64,000 nt of DNA from Candidatus Poribacteria bacterium (GTDB lineage Bacteria > Poribacteria > WGA-4E > WGA-3G), in NCBI GenBank assembly GCA_965205025.1, contig CBDBFU010000020.1:96001-160000 (forward strand), written 5' to 3'. Every line of letters begins with the position of its first letter. The first letter of the stretch is position 1. The notes under the pieces were generated by a model. It made no database searches, was not told where the DNA came from, and saw only the letters and a list, made by a program, of their open reading frames with translations. Positions 54,440 through 64,000 of this stretch are shown here, in pieces. A program made the position numbers and the translations under genes.

Positions 54440-54588
54440 TATAGTAAACAATAAAATGAATACTACATTTTCTATTGGCTCAACTTACGTTCGCGTCCCA
54501 CACCTCTTCTGTAGGAGCGACCTCCCGGTCGCGACCAGGAGGTCGCTCCTACAAGTAAAGTGTCTAATTAAATCTAAAGTTTACTATA
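54440..54588. mobile_element. MITE with IS630-B ends
   Basis: TATAGTAAAC...TCTAAAGTTTACTATA around GTAGGAGCGACCTCC..GGAGGTCGCTCCTAC. Confidence 0.7.
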
Positions 54589-54589
54589 A

Positions 54590-54701
54590 ATGAAGATTAA
54601 TTTTTAAATTCGGTAATTTTGAAAAAATCCAGTGCGGTTAGGAAACCGCACCTACCGGGTTTGGGAAATTTGGATTACCGAAATATTTACTTAATCCTCA
54701 T
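54590..54701. mobile_element. Type-A MITE followed by the right half of a family-D shell
   Basis: ATGAAGATTAA...TTAATCCTCAT then ACAGTTTGT...GATGGTATTA. Confidence 0.75.
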
Positions 54702-55824
54702 ACAGTTTGTACTACAAAAAAGAGACATCTTCAAATAGAGATGGTATTAGATGTATGAACGATGTGAATAAAAAAAGTGTTAATATTTATCGTTTTGAGA
54801 TGATAGCACTTTCACGGAAACTTTCACGGAGCATTTTTGCGAGCCCTTATTCCATAAGGGTTTATAATTTTAACTATACCCATTTTCCATGAATCACATA
54901 TGTTAATTATATTATAACTTAAGTGTGTATTAAGTACTTATATGTTTTTCATACGAAGTATATTGGGACATAGCACTCCGCTGGAGTGCCAGATTGTTCC
55001 GATATTGTTTTCTATAGACATAGTACTCCGCTGGAGTACGGTATTTTTGGTATAGAAAACTCCAAAAAATAGACTTATCATTAGATTCTTAGTTACCCCC
55101 TGAAATAGAATTGTCAAAATTATAGTAGTGAAGAATAAACTGTAATTCTCGAAAGGGTGTAAAGTGTTTGGCATGAATATTACTGAATCATAAGGTTCTT
55201 TTTCTTCCCATGTATTATATTGAACCAAGGGAAATTTTATTGTAAATTTGCTGTTTTTTCTGTTTACAAAAAGTAATATAACTATTATCTATATGTTTAG
55301 AAAAGTTACACTTTTTGTCACATGGTGTGACATTGGTAAATCCTCTCTCTCTTCAGTACTACACTGGGTTTAGAGCCATTTTTTTAAGGTCACAAGAATT
55401 TGTCACTGTGACGAATTTTGTGTCATTTTCTGTTGTTCTTATCCATTGATTTGACATGTTACTTTTCATTAGAATGTAAGATCGGGGATCGGAATCCCCG
55501 CCTACAGAAGAGAAGAGGGAGGTTCTGTCCCTACAAAGGGGAATTATATTAATTAGAAGTATTCTAAATAATGGGATATTCTGTAGTAAAATGAAAAAGT
55601 TACACTTTTCGTTACATGGTGTAACTTTGAAAAAACGCTCTAATCCCTGTAGTAGACTGGGTTTATGGTAATTTTTTGAAATTTTAAGAATTTTGAGTTT
55701 TGTGTCATTTTCGGGTTTTTCTGATTGTCCTGACTTCTGAAGCCATCCGTTATTTTTTCTATGTCTGATTGTATTTTTATAAAGATTTTGGATTGTCATT
55801 TCTTTTTTCCTATTTATTGCTCTT

Positions 55825-56079
55825 ACGTGATTCTGATAAGATACTTTGTAACCCGAACTTTTAGTTAATACCAGAGTGCACAAACTGGATGAAGATTAAT
55901 TTTTAAATTCGGTAATTTTGAAAAAATCCAGTGCGGTTAGGAAACCGCACCTACCGGGTTTGGGAAATTAGAATTACCGAAATATTTTCTTAATCTTCAT
56001 GAAAGTTTGTGCTACAAAGACTATCCTCTGGACAAAATACTATTTCTCGAACTGACATTTGTTATTATCCAACTGGTGT
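55825..56079. mobile_element. Family-F MITE with a type-A MITE (55889-56000) inserted in its hairpin loop
   Basis: Empty version at 46522-46663. Confidence 0.75.
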
Positions 56080-56089
56080 TATTGTAACC

Positions 56090-56196
56090 TAATGGGTTGT
56101 CCATCCTAAAATTATAAGTATCAATAAATCATGTCGCGACCAGGAGGTCGCTCCTACAAAAAAACTACTCACAAAATTAACGTGGACAATCCACTA
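56090..56196. mobile_element. MITE family G (TAATGGGTTGTCCA...TGGACAATCCACTA)
   Basis: Terminal inverted repeat around GTCGCGACCAGGAGGTCGCTCCTAC. Confidence 0.55.
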
Positions 56197-56857
56197 AGTT
56201 GCGACCTATTAACTTACATAGCACTCCGCTGGAGTGCATGAATGTACCGATAGTGTTTTCTATAGACATAGTACTCCGCTGGAGTGTAAGAATGTTCTGC
56301 ATGAACGATTCTATTTATGAAGTACACCATAGTATTATTTTCATAACAAAAATTTTAGATGCGAGATTTCAAACTGTCCTAAAGTCAGTCCCAGTAAGGG
56401 TTTATAGATAATCGTGAAAATTGCGTTATATTTATTTTTTTTTAAAATTTCATACTATGTGCTTTTTCGAACTACTCTAAACCTTGTTCTGGTATGGGTT
56501 TGTAGGCATATCAGATTTTAATTTTACTTGCATAACTGTTATGCAAGTTTCATAACAACTTTTCACGACCTGCTTTAACTGTGAAACCTACTATTACTGT
56601 GAAATTTATAGTAACATAATAAGATGTATATGTCAAGAAAAAAAATTATATATTGTGACATATTTTATTATTTTATTTACTGGTATTAGTAATATGTTAT
56701 GAATATCTCTACAATATTATATCTTTAGTTGTATTATGGTTTGGTTTTCTTCAATAATTCTTCAATTATTTTTTGGTTGTTGTGTTTAAGTTGAATTTTT
56801 CTATGTGTTAATTCATTATTTTTTTATTAGGGATCTTGTGGGGGATGGTTAATTGTC

Positions 56858-57080
56858 TGAATCGTGGATTTCACGGATGCGCGGATTACGCGGAGAAGAG
56901 AGTTTTGGGTGTGGATTGTTGTCTTTTCTGAATCACGGATTACGCGGATTACGCGGATTACGCGGAGAAGAGAGGTTATTGTCTGCAAGATTTTCTTTCA
57001 ATGCTGGAACTGCAAATCAAGGAATCAAGGAATCAAGGAATCAACGGTATGAATGCTATTTAGCATTCCCCAGGTATGAA
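56858..57080. repeat. Nonamer (GGATTACGC)n and octamer (AATCAAGG)n repeats plus a GAATG hairpin
   Basis: Tandem units visible at 56875-56965 and 57015-57042; related block at 58074-58150. Confidence 0.7.
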
Positions 57081-57195
57081 TGACATATAAGAGATTAAGT
57101 AAATATTTCGGTAATTCTAAACAACTTAACATGACAACATGCAATCCCACAGTATATAATGAATAAAAGATTTCCGTGCAAGGCAAACACTTTAC

Positions 57196-57970
57196 ATGGC
57201 ACAATACGATGAAATCGTGAAGCATCTGATGGACAGGTTCGCTGATGACTTCGCCATGTTATCTTTTGCTACATCTGATGTTGAAGTTTTAGAGACACTT
57301 GATACGGAACAACAAACAGTAAAAGTGCATCGTAACGACATGACATTTAAGGTGCGGTGGCATAATGAAACAGTTCTACTTCATATGAAGATTAATTTTT
57401 AAATTCGGTAATTTTGGAGAAATATGCAGTGCGGTTGGGAAACCGCACCTACCAGGTTTGGGGAAATTAGAATTACCGAAATATTTTCTTAATCTTCATT
57501 AGAAGTACAAACCCATGATAGCAGAGATAAACCGATGCCGTTACGTGTTCTTGCTTATGCTGGTGAACTTCTGCTCCGGTATGAACTTCCTGTCTATTCG
57601 GTTGTACTCTATTTAAGTACTAATGCCGGACAAACCGATCCAGGTGGCTATAGTTATGGAAATGATACATTCGGTTTGCAACATAGGTATCAGGTGATTC
57701 GGTTAGCAGATTTAGGAGGAAATGATGCAAGAATCTCCTTTTTACGAAGTTATAATGCAACGTGGCATTGAACAAGGTTCACTTGAAAACTGTATCAGGA
57801 ATATTCTCTCTATTCTCTCAAAACGTTTCCCGGTTGAGGATGTACAACCAATTGAACAAGCATTGGAATCTATTGTAGATCTTGATCGTCTGACAGAATT
57901 ACTTGACACCTCAATTGATATACCGAGTATTAAGGAATTCCTGCAAGAAGTAGAAACATCCGAAGAATAA
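57196..57970 (+). pseudogene. Rpn/PD-(D/E)XK family protein, disrupted by a type-A MITE (57385-57499) and an internal deletion
   Basis: YDEIVK...RND...VLLH|xEVQT...PMPLRVLAY...PVYSVVLYL; C-terminal MQESPFY...GIEQG...ILSKRF. Confidence 0.8.
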
Positions 57971-58297
57971 AGACCTCCAGTTTCCACGTCCCGATCTTTG
58001 TACCACAAGCTGTTAGTTTGTGGACACACAACTTTCCCACCTCCAAACCCTTATCCGCGAAATCGTTTTGTGTTGTCTGAACCGCAGATTACGCGGATTG
58101 CGCGGATAAGAAAGGTTTTTGTCTGCAAGATTTTCTTTCAATGCTGGAACTTCGGCTCGGTTAGAAACCGAGCCTACCAAGGGGTGGGTACAGAATCTTG
58201 AAGGATCGGGGATCGGAATCCCCTTCCACAGAAGAAATGTAATACCATTTCTATAAATGATTCTCCCATGATTAGGCGGTGTTTATGTCTTGAAATA

Positions 58298-58658
58298 CAT
58301 AGGCGTCAATTTAGTGGTTTTCCCAGGCCGGTAGGTGCGATTTCCTAATCGCACTGGATCCTTCGCGAAAAACTTTATGAACGCAATTGGAACAAACCCG
58401 GTTCGGTTAGGAAACCGAACTATAGGCGTCAATTTAGTTCACCTTTAATAATGGTAGCTTCGGTTTCCTAACCGAAGTGGATTATACACGAAGGCTTTCA
58501 ATCAAAGGTTTGGCACAAATTCGGTGCGGTTGGGAAACCGCACCTACCGGCCTGGGATACAAAATTTTTTTCCTAAATTGACGCTAATGGTTCGGTTAGG
58601 AAACCGAACCTACCGACCTGAAATTTATAGCGTACTTCTCCTTAAATTGACGCTAATG
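58298..58658. mobile_element. Family-C MITE (19-bp direct repeat) with a second family-C MITE nested at 58421-58589 (20-bp direct repeat)
   Basis: GTGTTTATGTCTTGAAATA at 58279-58297 and 58659-58677; GTTCGGTTAGGAAACCGAAC at 58401-58420 and 58590-58609. Confidence 0.85.
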
Positions 58659-58795
58659 GTGTTTATGTCTTGAAATACCACACAAACTGGAAGTTTGTGC
58701 TACATTAAAGAGATTTTATTAATGACACATTACACGGGTAATAGGAATTCTGATACCTAAAACAATTTAATCAGTGAAATCTGTACAATTACATT

Positions 58796-60322
58796 TTATC
58801 CTTTCTTGGGGTTTGTTTGAGATAGATGGTCCAATATTTTGGATTTTAACTTTCTTTCAATATTCTTCATTTTTGGTTTCCCCGCAAGGTTATCAGTTTC
58901 ATCTGGGTCATCATGTATATTAAAAAGTAGATAGGGTGTTTTATCTCTATTCAATGCTATTTTCCATTCCTGATTCAAGAGCATTATCTCACGTGATATT
59001 TCTGATATAGCATATTCTCTATGTGTTGTCTCGTTGTCAGTTATAACGGGAGATAACGATTTCCCATATTGTTGATGTTGTAATTGTCCTCCAGCATATT
59101 CAACTAAGGTAGGACCGATATCAATCCATTCAACTGGCGTGTCACAAGTACGATTAGTGATATTTCTACCAATTGTATCTGGAGTTCGTACTATAAATGG
59201 AATTCGAACGGCTCCATTAAGAAAATTGCTTTTATATATCAACCCATAATCCCCATTCATTTCACCGTGATCAGAGCAGAAGACAATAACTGTATTTTCG
59301 AGTTCACCTCGTTCCTGTATGGTAGCAAGTATTTCCCCTATCTGATCATCTATTAGAGTAACGTTTCCTGCATAATCAGCACGCATCTTTGCTACATCAC
59401 CCTTATCAAAATCTGGTTTTCTTTTACCACTGAGTTGATCCAATTTACCCCGTGGACGATCTCCAATAGGAGGTCGAGGAATTGGTGGTGGCATTTGGTT
59501 GGGGTCATACATACTTGCATAGGGTTCTGGTGTATCCCACGGTTCATGGGGACCACCGAAACTTACCCAACAGAACCAAGGTTCATCACGTTTATAGGTC
59601 TTAAGATATTTCTTGGCTTGCTGTCCAACGTAAACATCAGCATCGAATTCAAGACCATTAGGGGAAGGACGAACAAGATGAGGTTTTCTAAGAAATCTTT
59701 CTTGATAGTCCTGTTTGTATGCATTCCATATACCTTTTTCTTCCCATATTGCAGTCATGTGTGAAAGAGTATTCATATTTGCTCTGGGTCCACCTATTTC
59801 ATCAACATCATCTAAACCGTAGGCATTCATCAGGTCTTCTTTCTCGCGTAAATCTCCTGAATGTGGATGTAAATGTGTCTTTCCAAACAGACTTGTTCTA
59901 TATCCTGCCTCTCGAACTGCCTGCATCCATGTTGGTGTATTCGGAGACATTTTATGCTTCTGATTATTCCAAACACCCGTATTATGAGGATATAGACCGG
60001 TGGCTAAACTCAGCCGTGCTGGCACACAAATAGGAGAAGTTGTTACACAGTTAGTAAAACGGATACCTTCGCTCGCAATACGATCCAAATTAGGTGTATT
60101 TACCCATCCACCTGAACATCCCATTGCATCCCAACGTTGCTGGTCAGTCATGAGAAGTAGTATATTCGGTTTTGATGGATTATCCGTATTTAGATTTGAG
60201 GGAAAGTTATTGTTGGCAGGTGTACTAACAGAAAGGAGAGATAAAGTACTTGTACTTGCAATTCCTAATTCTCTTAAAAATGTCCTTCGTGTGATTTTGT
60301 TCTTTTCAGATACCATTGGCAA
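58796..60322 (-). CDS. Sulfatase with a Tat signal peptide
   Basis: TRRTFL; PNILLLMTDQQR, CVPARLS, GKTH, PHEP, SDHGE. Confidence 0.92.
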   Translation of the reverse strand: MPMVSEKNKITRRTFLRELGIASTSTLSLLSVSTPANNNFPSNLNTDNPSKPNILLLMTDQQRWDAMGCSGGWVNTPNLDRIASEGIRFTNCVTTSPICVPARLSLATGLYPHNTGVWNNQKHKMSPNTPTWMQAVREAGYRTSLFGKTHLHPHSGDLREKEDLMNAYGLDDVDEIGGPRANMNTLSHMTAIWEEKGIWNAYKQDYQERFLRKPHLVRPSPNGLEFDADVYVGQQAKKYLKTYKRDEPWFCWVSFGGPHEPWDTPEPYASMYDPNQMPPPIPRPPIGDRPRGKLDQLSGKRKPDFDKGDVAKMRADYAGNVTLIDDQIGEILATIQERGELENTVIVFCSDHGEMNGDYGLIYKSNFLNGAVRIPFIVRTPDTIGRNITNRTCDTPVEWIDIGPTLVEYAGGQLQHQQYGKSLSPVITDNETTHREYAISEISREIMLLNQEWKIALNRDKTPYLLFNIHDDPDETDNLAGKPKMKNIERKLKSKILDHLSQTNPKKG

Positions 60323-60362
60323 CTCCTTGAATATATCGTAAGGTTTATTCGTCTGAAGGAGC

Positions 60363-60725
60363 TTATACCATTTCTAAAAAATGGGTTTGCATTACAGGTT
60401 TTTGTGAAATGTAATCTAATACGCCACAAACTAAATGAAGATTAATATATTAATTCGGTATTATACGGGTTATCGGTATTATACTGGTTAAGGATACACC
60501 TTTCGCCCCGCTGGGGCTTAGGTTTAGTGGTTTAGTACGTTTTCTACACACCTTTCGCCCCGCTGGGGCTTAGAATATTGGCGATAACGACTTCAATACA
60601 CATTCCGTCCCTACGGGACTCAATACCAACCAAGTCTGGAGGTATTAGAATTACCGATTTTAAAAGTTAATCTTCATACAGTTTGTGCTACAAAAAAGAG
60701 ACATCTTCAATTAGAAATGGTATTA
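60363..60725. mobile_element. Family-D MITE with a nested type-A-ended element (60435-60677) carrying different cargo
   Basis: Same shell and insertion point as 51477-51699; cargo GCCCCGCTGGGGC twice and GTCCCTACGGGAC. Confidence 0.7.
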
Positions 60726-60728
60726 TGA

Positions 60729-62108
60729 TTATCTTTTTGTGTAGGTTTGTGATAGAAATTCCAAGATTTGTAATCGCAATTCTGTCTCCAATTCCTTCAT
60801 TTTTGGTAATCCTGCAAGATTATTCGTTTCATCTGGATCGTTTTGCACATGAAATAAAAGATACACTTCTCCATCTGTATTTAAGGCAACCTTCCATTCC
60901 TGATTCAGCAACATTACTTCGCCACCATATTCTGATATTGCATATTCACGGTGTCTTAAATTCGTGTCATTGACTGTGGCACATAAGGACTTCCCAAATT
61001 GTCTATGTTCTAATTCACTTCCTGCGATTTCAACAAGAGTCGGTCCGATATCAATCCATTCAGCTGGACTATCACATTCTCTACTCAATGATGTACTCTT
61101 TAAGGTATCAGGTGTTCTTACGAGAAGTGGAACTCGGACTGCCCCATTCAAAAAGTTGCTTTTATATATTAAACCGTAATCGCCGTTCATTTCACCGTGA
61201 TCTGAAGAGAAGATAATTACTGTATTATCCAGTTCACCACGATCCTGAATCGTATCAAGTATTTCCCCTATTTGATCATCAATAAGTGTGATATTTCCAG
61301 CGTAATCTGCCCTTAATTTCCCTTCTTCACCCTTTTCAAATTCAGGGTTCATGTTGTTCATCTTTCTATCTAAATTTCCGGTAGGACGATTACCTATTGG
61401 AGGACGGGGGATTGGTGGTGGCATTTGGTTGGGGTCATACATACTTGCATAGGGTTCAGGTGTATCCCACGGTTCGTGAGGTCCACCGAAACTGACCCAG
61501 CAACACCACGGTTCATCACGGTTATATTCTTTTAGATAGTTTTTCGCTTGTTGTCCAACGTATACATCAGCATAGTCTTCAAGACCGAGAGTGGAGGGAC
61601 GAACAAGATATGGTTTCGTACTAAATCGTTCACGGTAATCTTCTCTATATGCATCCCATATACCCTTTTCTTCCCACATTTCTGTCATGTAAGAATTAAC
61701 CCTTGTACTTGCCCTCGGTCCACCAATTTCATTAACATCATCTAACCCATAGGAATGCATCAAGTCTTCACGATCACGTAGATCCCCATTGTGAGGGTGC
61801 AGATGTGTTTTCCCAAACAAACTCGTTCGATAACCCGCTGAACGGACAGATTGCATCCATGTTGGTGTTTCTGGTGATAGTGTATGATTCATATTATCCC
61901 AAACACCAGTGTTATGTGGATATAATCCTGTCGCTAAACTCAGACGCGTGGGAATACATACAGGTGATGTGGTAACACAATTATTAAAACGTACACCTTC
62001 GCTTGCAATTCGATCTAAGTTAGGCGTATTTACCCATCCACCTGAACATCCCATTGCATCCCAACGTTGTTGATCTGTAATGAGTAAGAGTATATTAGGT
62101 TTCATCAT
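60729..62108 (-). CDS. Sulfatase without a signal peptide (paralogue of 58796..60322)
   Basis: KPNILLLITDQQR, CIPTRLS, GKTH, SDHGE. Confidence 0.92.
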   Translation of the reverse strand: MMKPNILLLITDQQRWDAMGCSGGWVNTPNLDRIASEGVRFNNCVTTSPVCIPTRLSLATGLYPHNTGVWDNMNHTLSPETPTWMQSVRSAGYRTSLFGKTHLHPHNGDLRDREDLMHSYGLDDVNEIGGPRASTRVNSYMTEMWEEKGIWDAYREDYRERFSTKPYLVRPSTLGLEDYADVYVGQQAKNYLKEYNRDEPWCCWVSFGGPHEPWDTPEPYASMYDPNQMPPPIPRPPIGNRPTGNLDRKMNNMNPEFEKGEEGKLRADYAGNITLIDDQIGEILDTIQDRGELDNTVIIFSSDHGEMNGDYGLIYKSNFLNGAVRVPLLVRTPDTLKSTSLSRECDSPAEWIDIGPTLVEIAGSELEHRQFGKSLCATVNDTNLRHREYAISEYGGEVMLLNQEWKVALNTDGEVYLLFHVQNDPDETNNLAGLPKMKELETELRLQILEFLSQTYTKR

Positions 62109-62197
62109 ATTCCTTAATGTAGATTAATGTGAGATCAGTATGGTGGTTCTTGGCTGGATATGGACGGTTTAGAATATAGACTAAGACTATGTAATTC

Positions 62198-63040
62198 CTA
62201 ATTCCGGTCTATACCTGCCTCTACAAAGGCTTTTGACAAGGTCTCATAAGAGAGCGTAGCAGCAGCAAGTGGATCATAGTTTTCACGAGCCTGTACCATG
62301 AAACTTACTTCAGCAGTAATAAACCCATCATATCCGTGTGCTTCCATTAACTTAAGATATTCAACATAATCGAATGGACCTTCACCCGGAATTAGAAATT
62401 CGAAGTCTGGAGCTAAACCTTTTTGATCCTTAACATGTGTATGTATTGAAACAGGTGCTAATGCAGAAACGGTTTCTTCTGTTGGTATACCTACAATATC
62501 AAAATGACTGATATCAAAGTTTACCTTTAGATAGGGAGAATTGATGAGTTCAAGAAGCTCAAGAACTTTTTCTGGTGTATCAATAATTGCCCCGATATGC
62601 GGTTCCATAGCAATAGTGACACCTCGTGATGCCCCATATTCTACCAATTCACCCACCCGTTCAACTAAGAATTCCTTGTTTGTATCCCAATCTTCAGGTT
62701 TACCACCAGGGGTTGTGTTGACTGCAGCAATCTCATCACCTTGAGCCAAGTCAATAGCCAAGTCAACACCACCCTTTAGTCGCCACATATTCTTTGCGTG
62801 AGCATCCGGATTAGTGTCTAATAAACTGGAATGGGCAGCAATTGCTGGCAATGCCAGATTATGTTGTTTGAGTAAAGTTGTAATACGTTTACGTTCAGCA
62901 CTATCTAATGTACTCAATTCTGTTGTAAAACGTGGTATGATGGTTAATTCAATTCCATCAAATCCAAGTTCTGCCACATGAGTAATGGCAGTATCTATAG
63001 GTATAGTCGGCATTCCCCATGTGCTATAACCCAATTTCAT
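62198..63040 (-). CDS. Sugar phosphate isomerase/epimerase (xylose isomerase-like TIM barrel)
   Basis: LGFDGIEL, IAMEPH, VNFDISH, HTHVKD, GYDGFITAE. Confidence 0.9.
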   Translation of the reverse strand: MKLGYSTWGMPTIPIDTAITHVAELGFDGIELTIIPRFTTELSTLDSAERKRITTLLKQHNLALPAIAAHSSLLDTNPDAHAKNMWRLKGGVDLAIDLAQGDEIAAVNTTPGGKPEDWDTNKEFLVERVGELVEYGASRGVTIAMEPHIGAIIDTPEKVLELLELINSPYLKVNFDISHFDIVGIPTEETVSALAPVSIHTHVKDQKGLAPDFEFLIPGEGPFDYVEYLKLMEAHGYDGFITAEVSFMVQARENYDPLAAATLSYETLSKAFVEAGIDRN

Positions 63041-63077
63041 GTGGTTTCTCCGTTTGGTAGAAGTAAATTAAAGATCG

Positions 63078-63779
63078 TCAGAAAATCCAACTAAAGATGG
63101 TACCAATAGAGGCAATCCATTCAAACATAAGGAAATCTACACGTTGAATAAGCAGAGCCACACGTCCCATTACGGTATTACCAAATGCTGATCCGAAACC
63201 TATCATCAGAAATGCAATACCCACTTTAGACAAACCTTTGATTGGACCTCGATGCTCTACTGAAAAGAAGAAATATGTGAGTGTACATACTACACCAATA
63301 ACCATAAGAATCGCACCAAATATCTCGAAAGTAGTTAGTGCTGGTATAACATCACCATTTGCAGCAATAGTCTCACCTGTCATCTTTCCAAAGGGTTCAA
63401 GCGTTCCACGCGTTTGTTCGAATATGTTCGCTCTTAATACAAGGGGAATTGCGATTCCTGATCCATAACCAATTAGAATTGCGATCGGATATCTGATTAA
63501 CCATGTATGTTGTGGAGAAAGTCGTGCAAAGAAAAGTAAACCTAAAGCAATCGGTATTATTACCCAAATTCCTGTTATATCTTGGAATGTAATTGCCTCC
63601 CAAAATGGTTTCCAAGCAAGGGGTAGAAATCCTTGGTGAATAGAAAGGACAATTAGGTATCCCACAGATATACCGACAAATAGATGTTCTGCAAACCGGT
63701 AGAGAGGATTGTCTTTATATAGAAAACTATAAATACAAAGGGTAAGGAACGCTGCAACCCAAATTCCAAGTAACTGCAT
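63078..63779 (-). CDS. Hypothetical polytopic membrane protein
   Basis: SFLYKDNPLYRFAEHLFVG, LTYFFFS, FLMIGFGSAFGNTVMGR; several TM helices. Confidence 0.8.
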   Translation of the reverse strand: MQLLGIWVAAFLTLCIYSFLYKDNPLYRFAEHLFVGISVGYLIVLSIHQGFLPLAWKPFWEAITFQDITGIWVIIPIALGLLFFARLSPQHTWLIRYPIAILIGYGSGIAIPLVLRANIFEQTRGTLEPFGKMTGETIAANGDVIPALTTFEIFGAILMVIGVVCTLTYFFFSVEHRGPIKGLSKVGIAFLMIGFGSAFGNTVMGRVALLIQRVDFLMFEWIASIGTIFSWIF

Positions 63780-64000
63780 TATGTTTCCTCCCGTCCACGA
63801 TGTGCAAAGTAGGCGATATTGCCGATTATTACCAATAAAACTATCAGAAGATGGACGAAGGATTCGACATTAATCCACTGCATCCCTTTTTCAGGAACAC
63901 CGACAAGATTCTCATATTCTGCAGCACCTAAGATGCCAGACATTAATCCGACTAACTGACCTGTCTGCAGATACGGAAACATCTGTGATATCATCACCCC
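63779..64000 (-). CDS. Hypothetical membrane protein, C-terminal part (runs off the window)
   Basis: PYLQTGQLVGLMSGILGAAEYE...HLLIVLLVIIGNIAYF; stop overlaps the next start. Confidence 0.7.
   Translation of the reverse strand, partial: GVMISQMFPYLQTGQLVGLMSGILGAAEYENLVGVPEKGMQWINVESFVHLLIVLLVIIGNIAYFAHRGREET

Noticed and set aside
54091-57083. Short ORFs in the 54-57 kb region, including 55359..55883
   Set aside because: Cross MITEs and repeats, lack RBS and protein-like features

Overview
AT-rich bacterial window, most likely Candidatus Poribacteria (inferred from a 16S with a divergent 27F site, a tandem WD40 expansion, a C-terminal VxPxxxLxxTWGxLK motif, sulfatases and a phytanoyl-CoA dioxygenase). 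Main elements: (1) a UGA-recoded PrdB/GrdB-type selenoprotein with a SECIS-like hairpin; (2) a thrice-repeated cassette at ~3.4-18.7 kb: ECF sigma factor with two sigma4 domains, a small secreted helical protein with a conserved acidic GGAxxGGC tail, a membrane-anchored partner, an STT3/AglB-type oligosaccharyltransferase with an altered WWDYG motif, a GT2 and a SAM methyltransferase. This is the best candidate for an undescribed dedicated protein-glycosylation system; (3) an unlinked 16S rRNA plus tRNA-Ile with a triplicated leader hairpin; (4) seven tandem WD40 genes; (5) a compact UvrD helicase with a GIY-YIG nuclease inserted; (6) two IS630 types and at least seven families of MITE ends carrying interchangeable REP-like cargo and nesting in each other, one family making 19-20 bp target duplications. 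Many single-base frameshifts may be assembly errors. All calls are by eye, without database searches.
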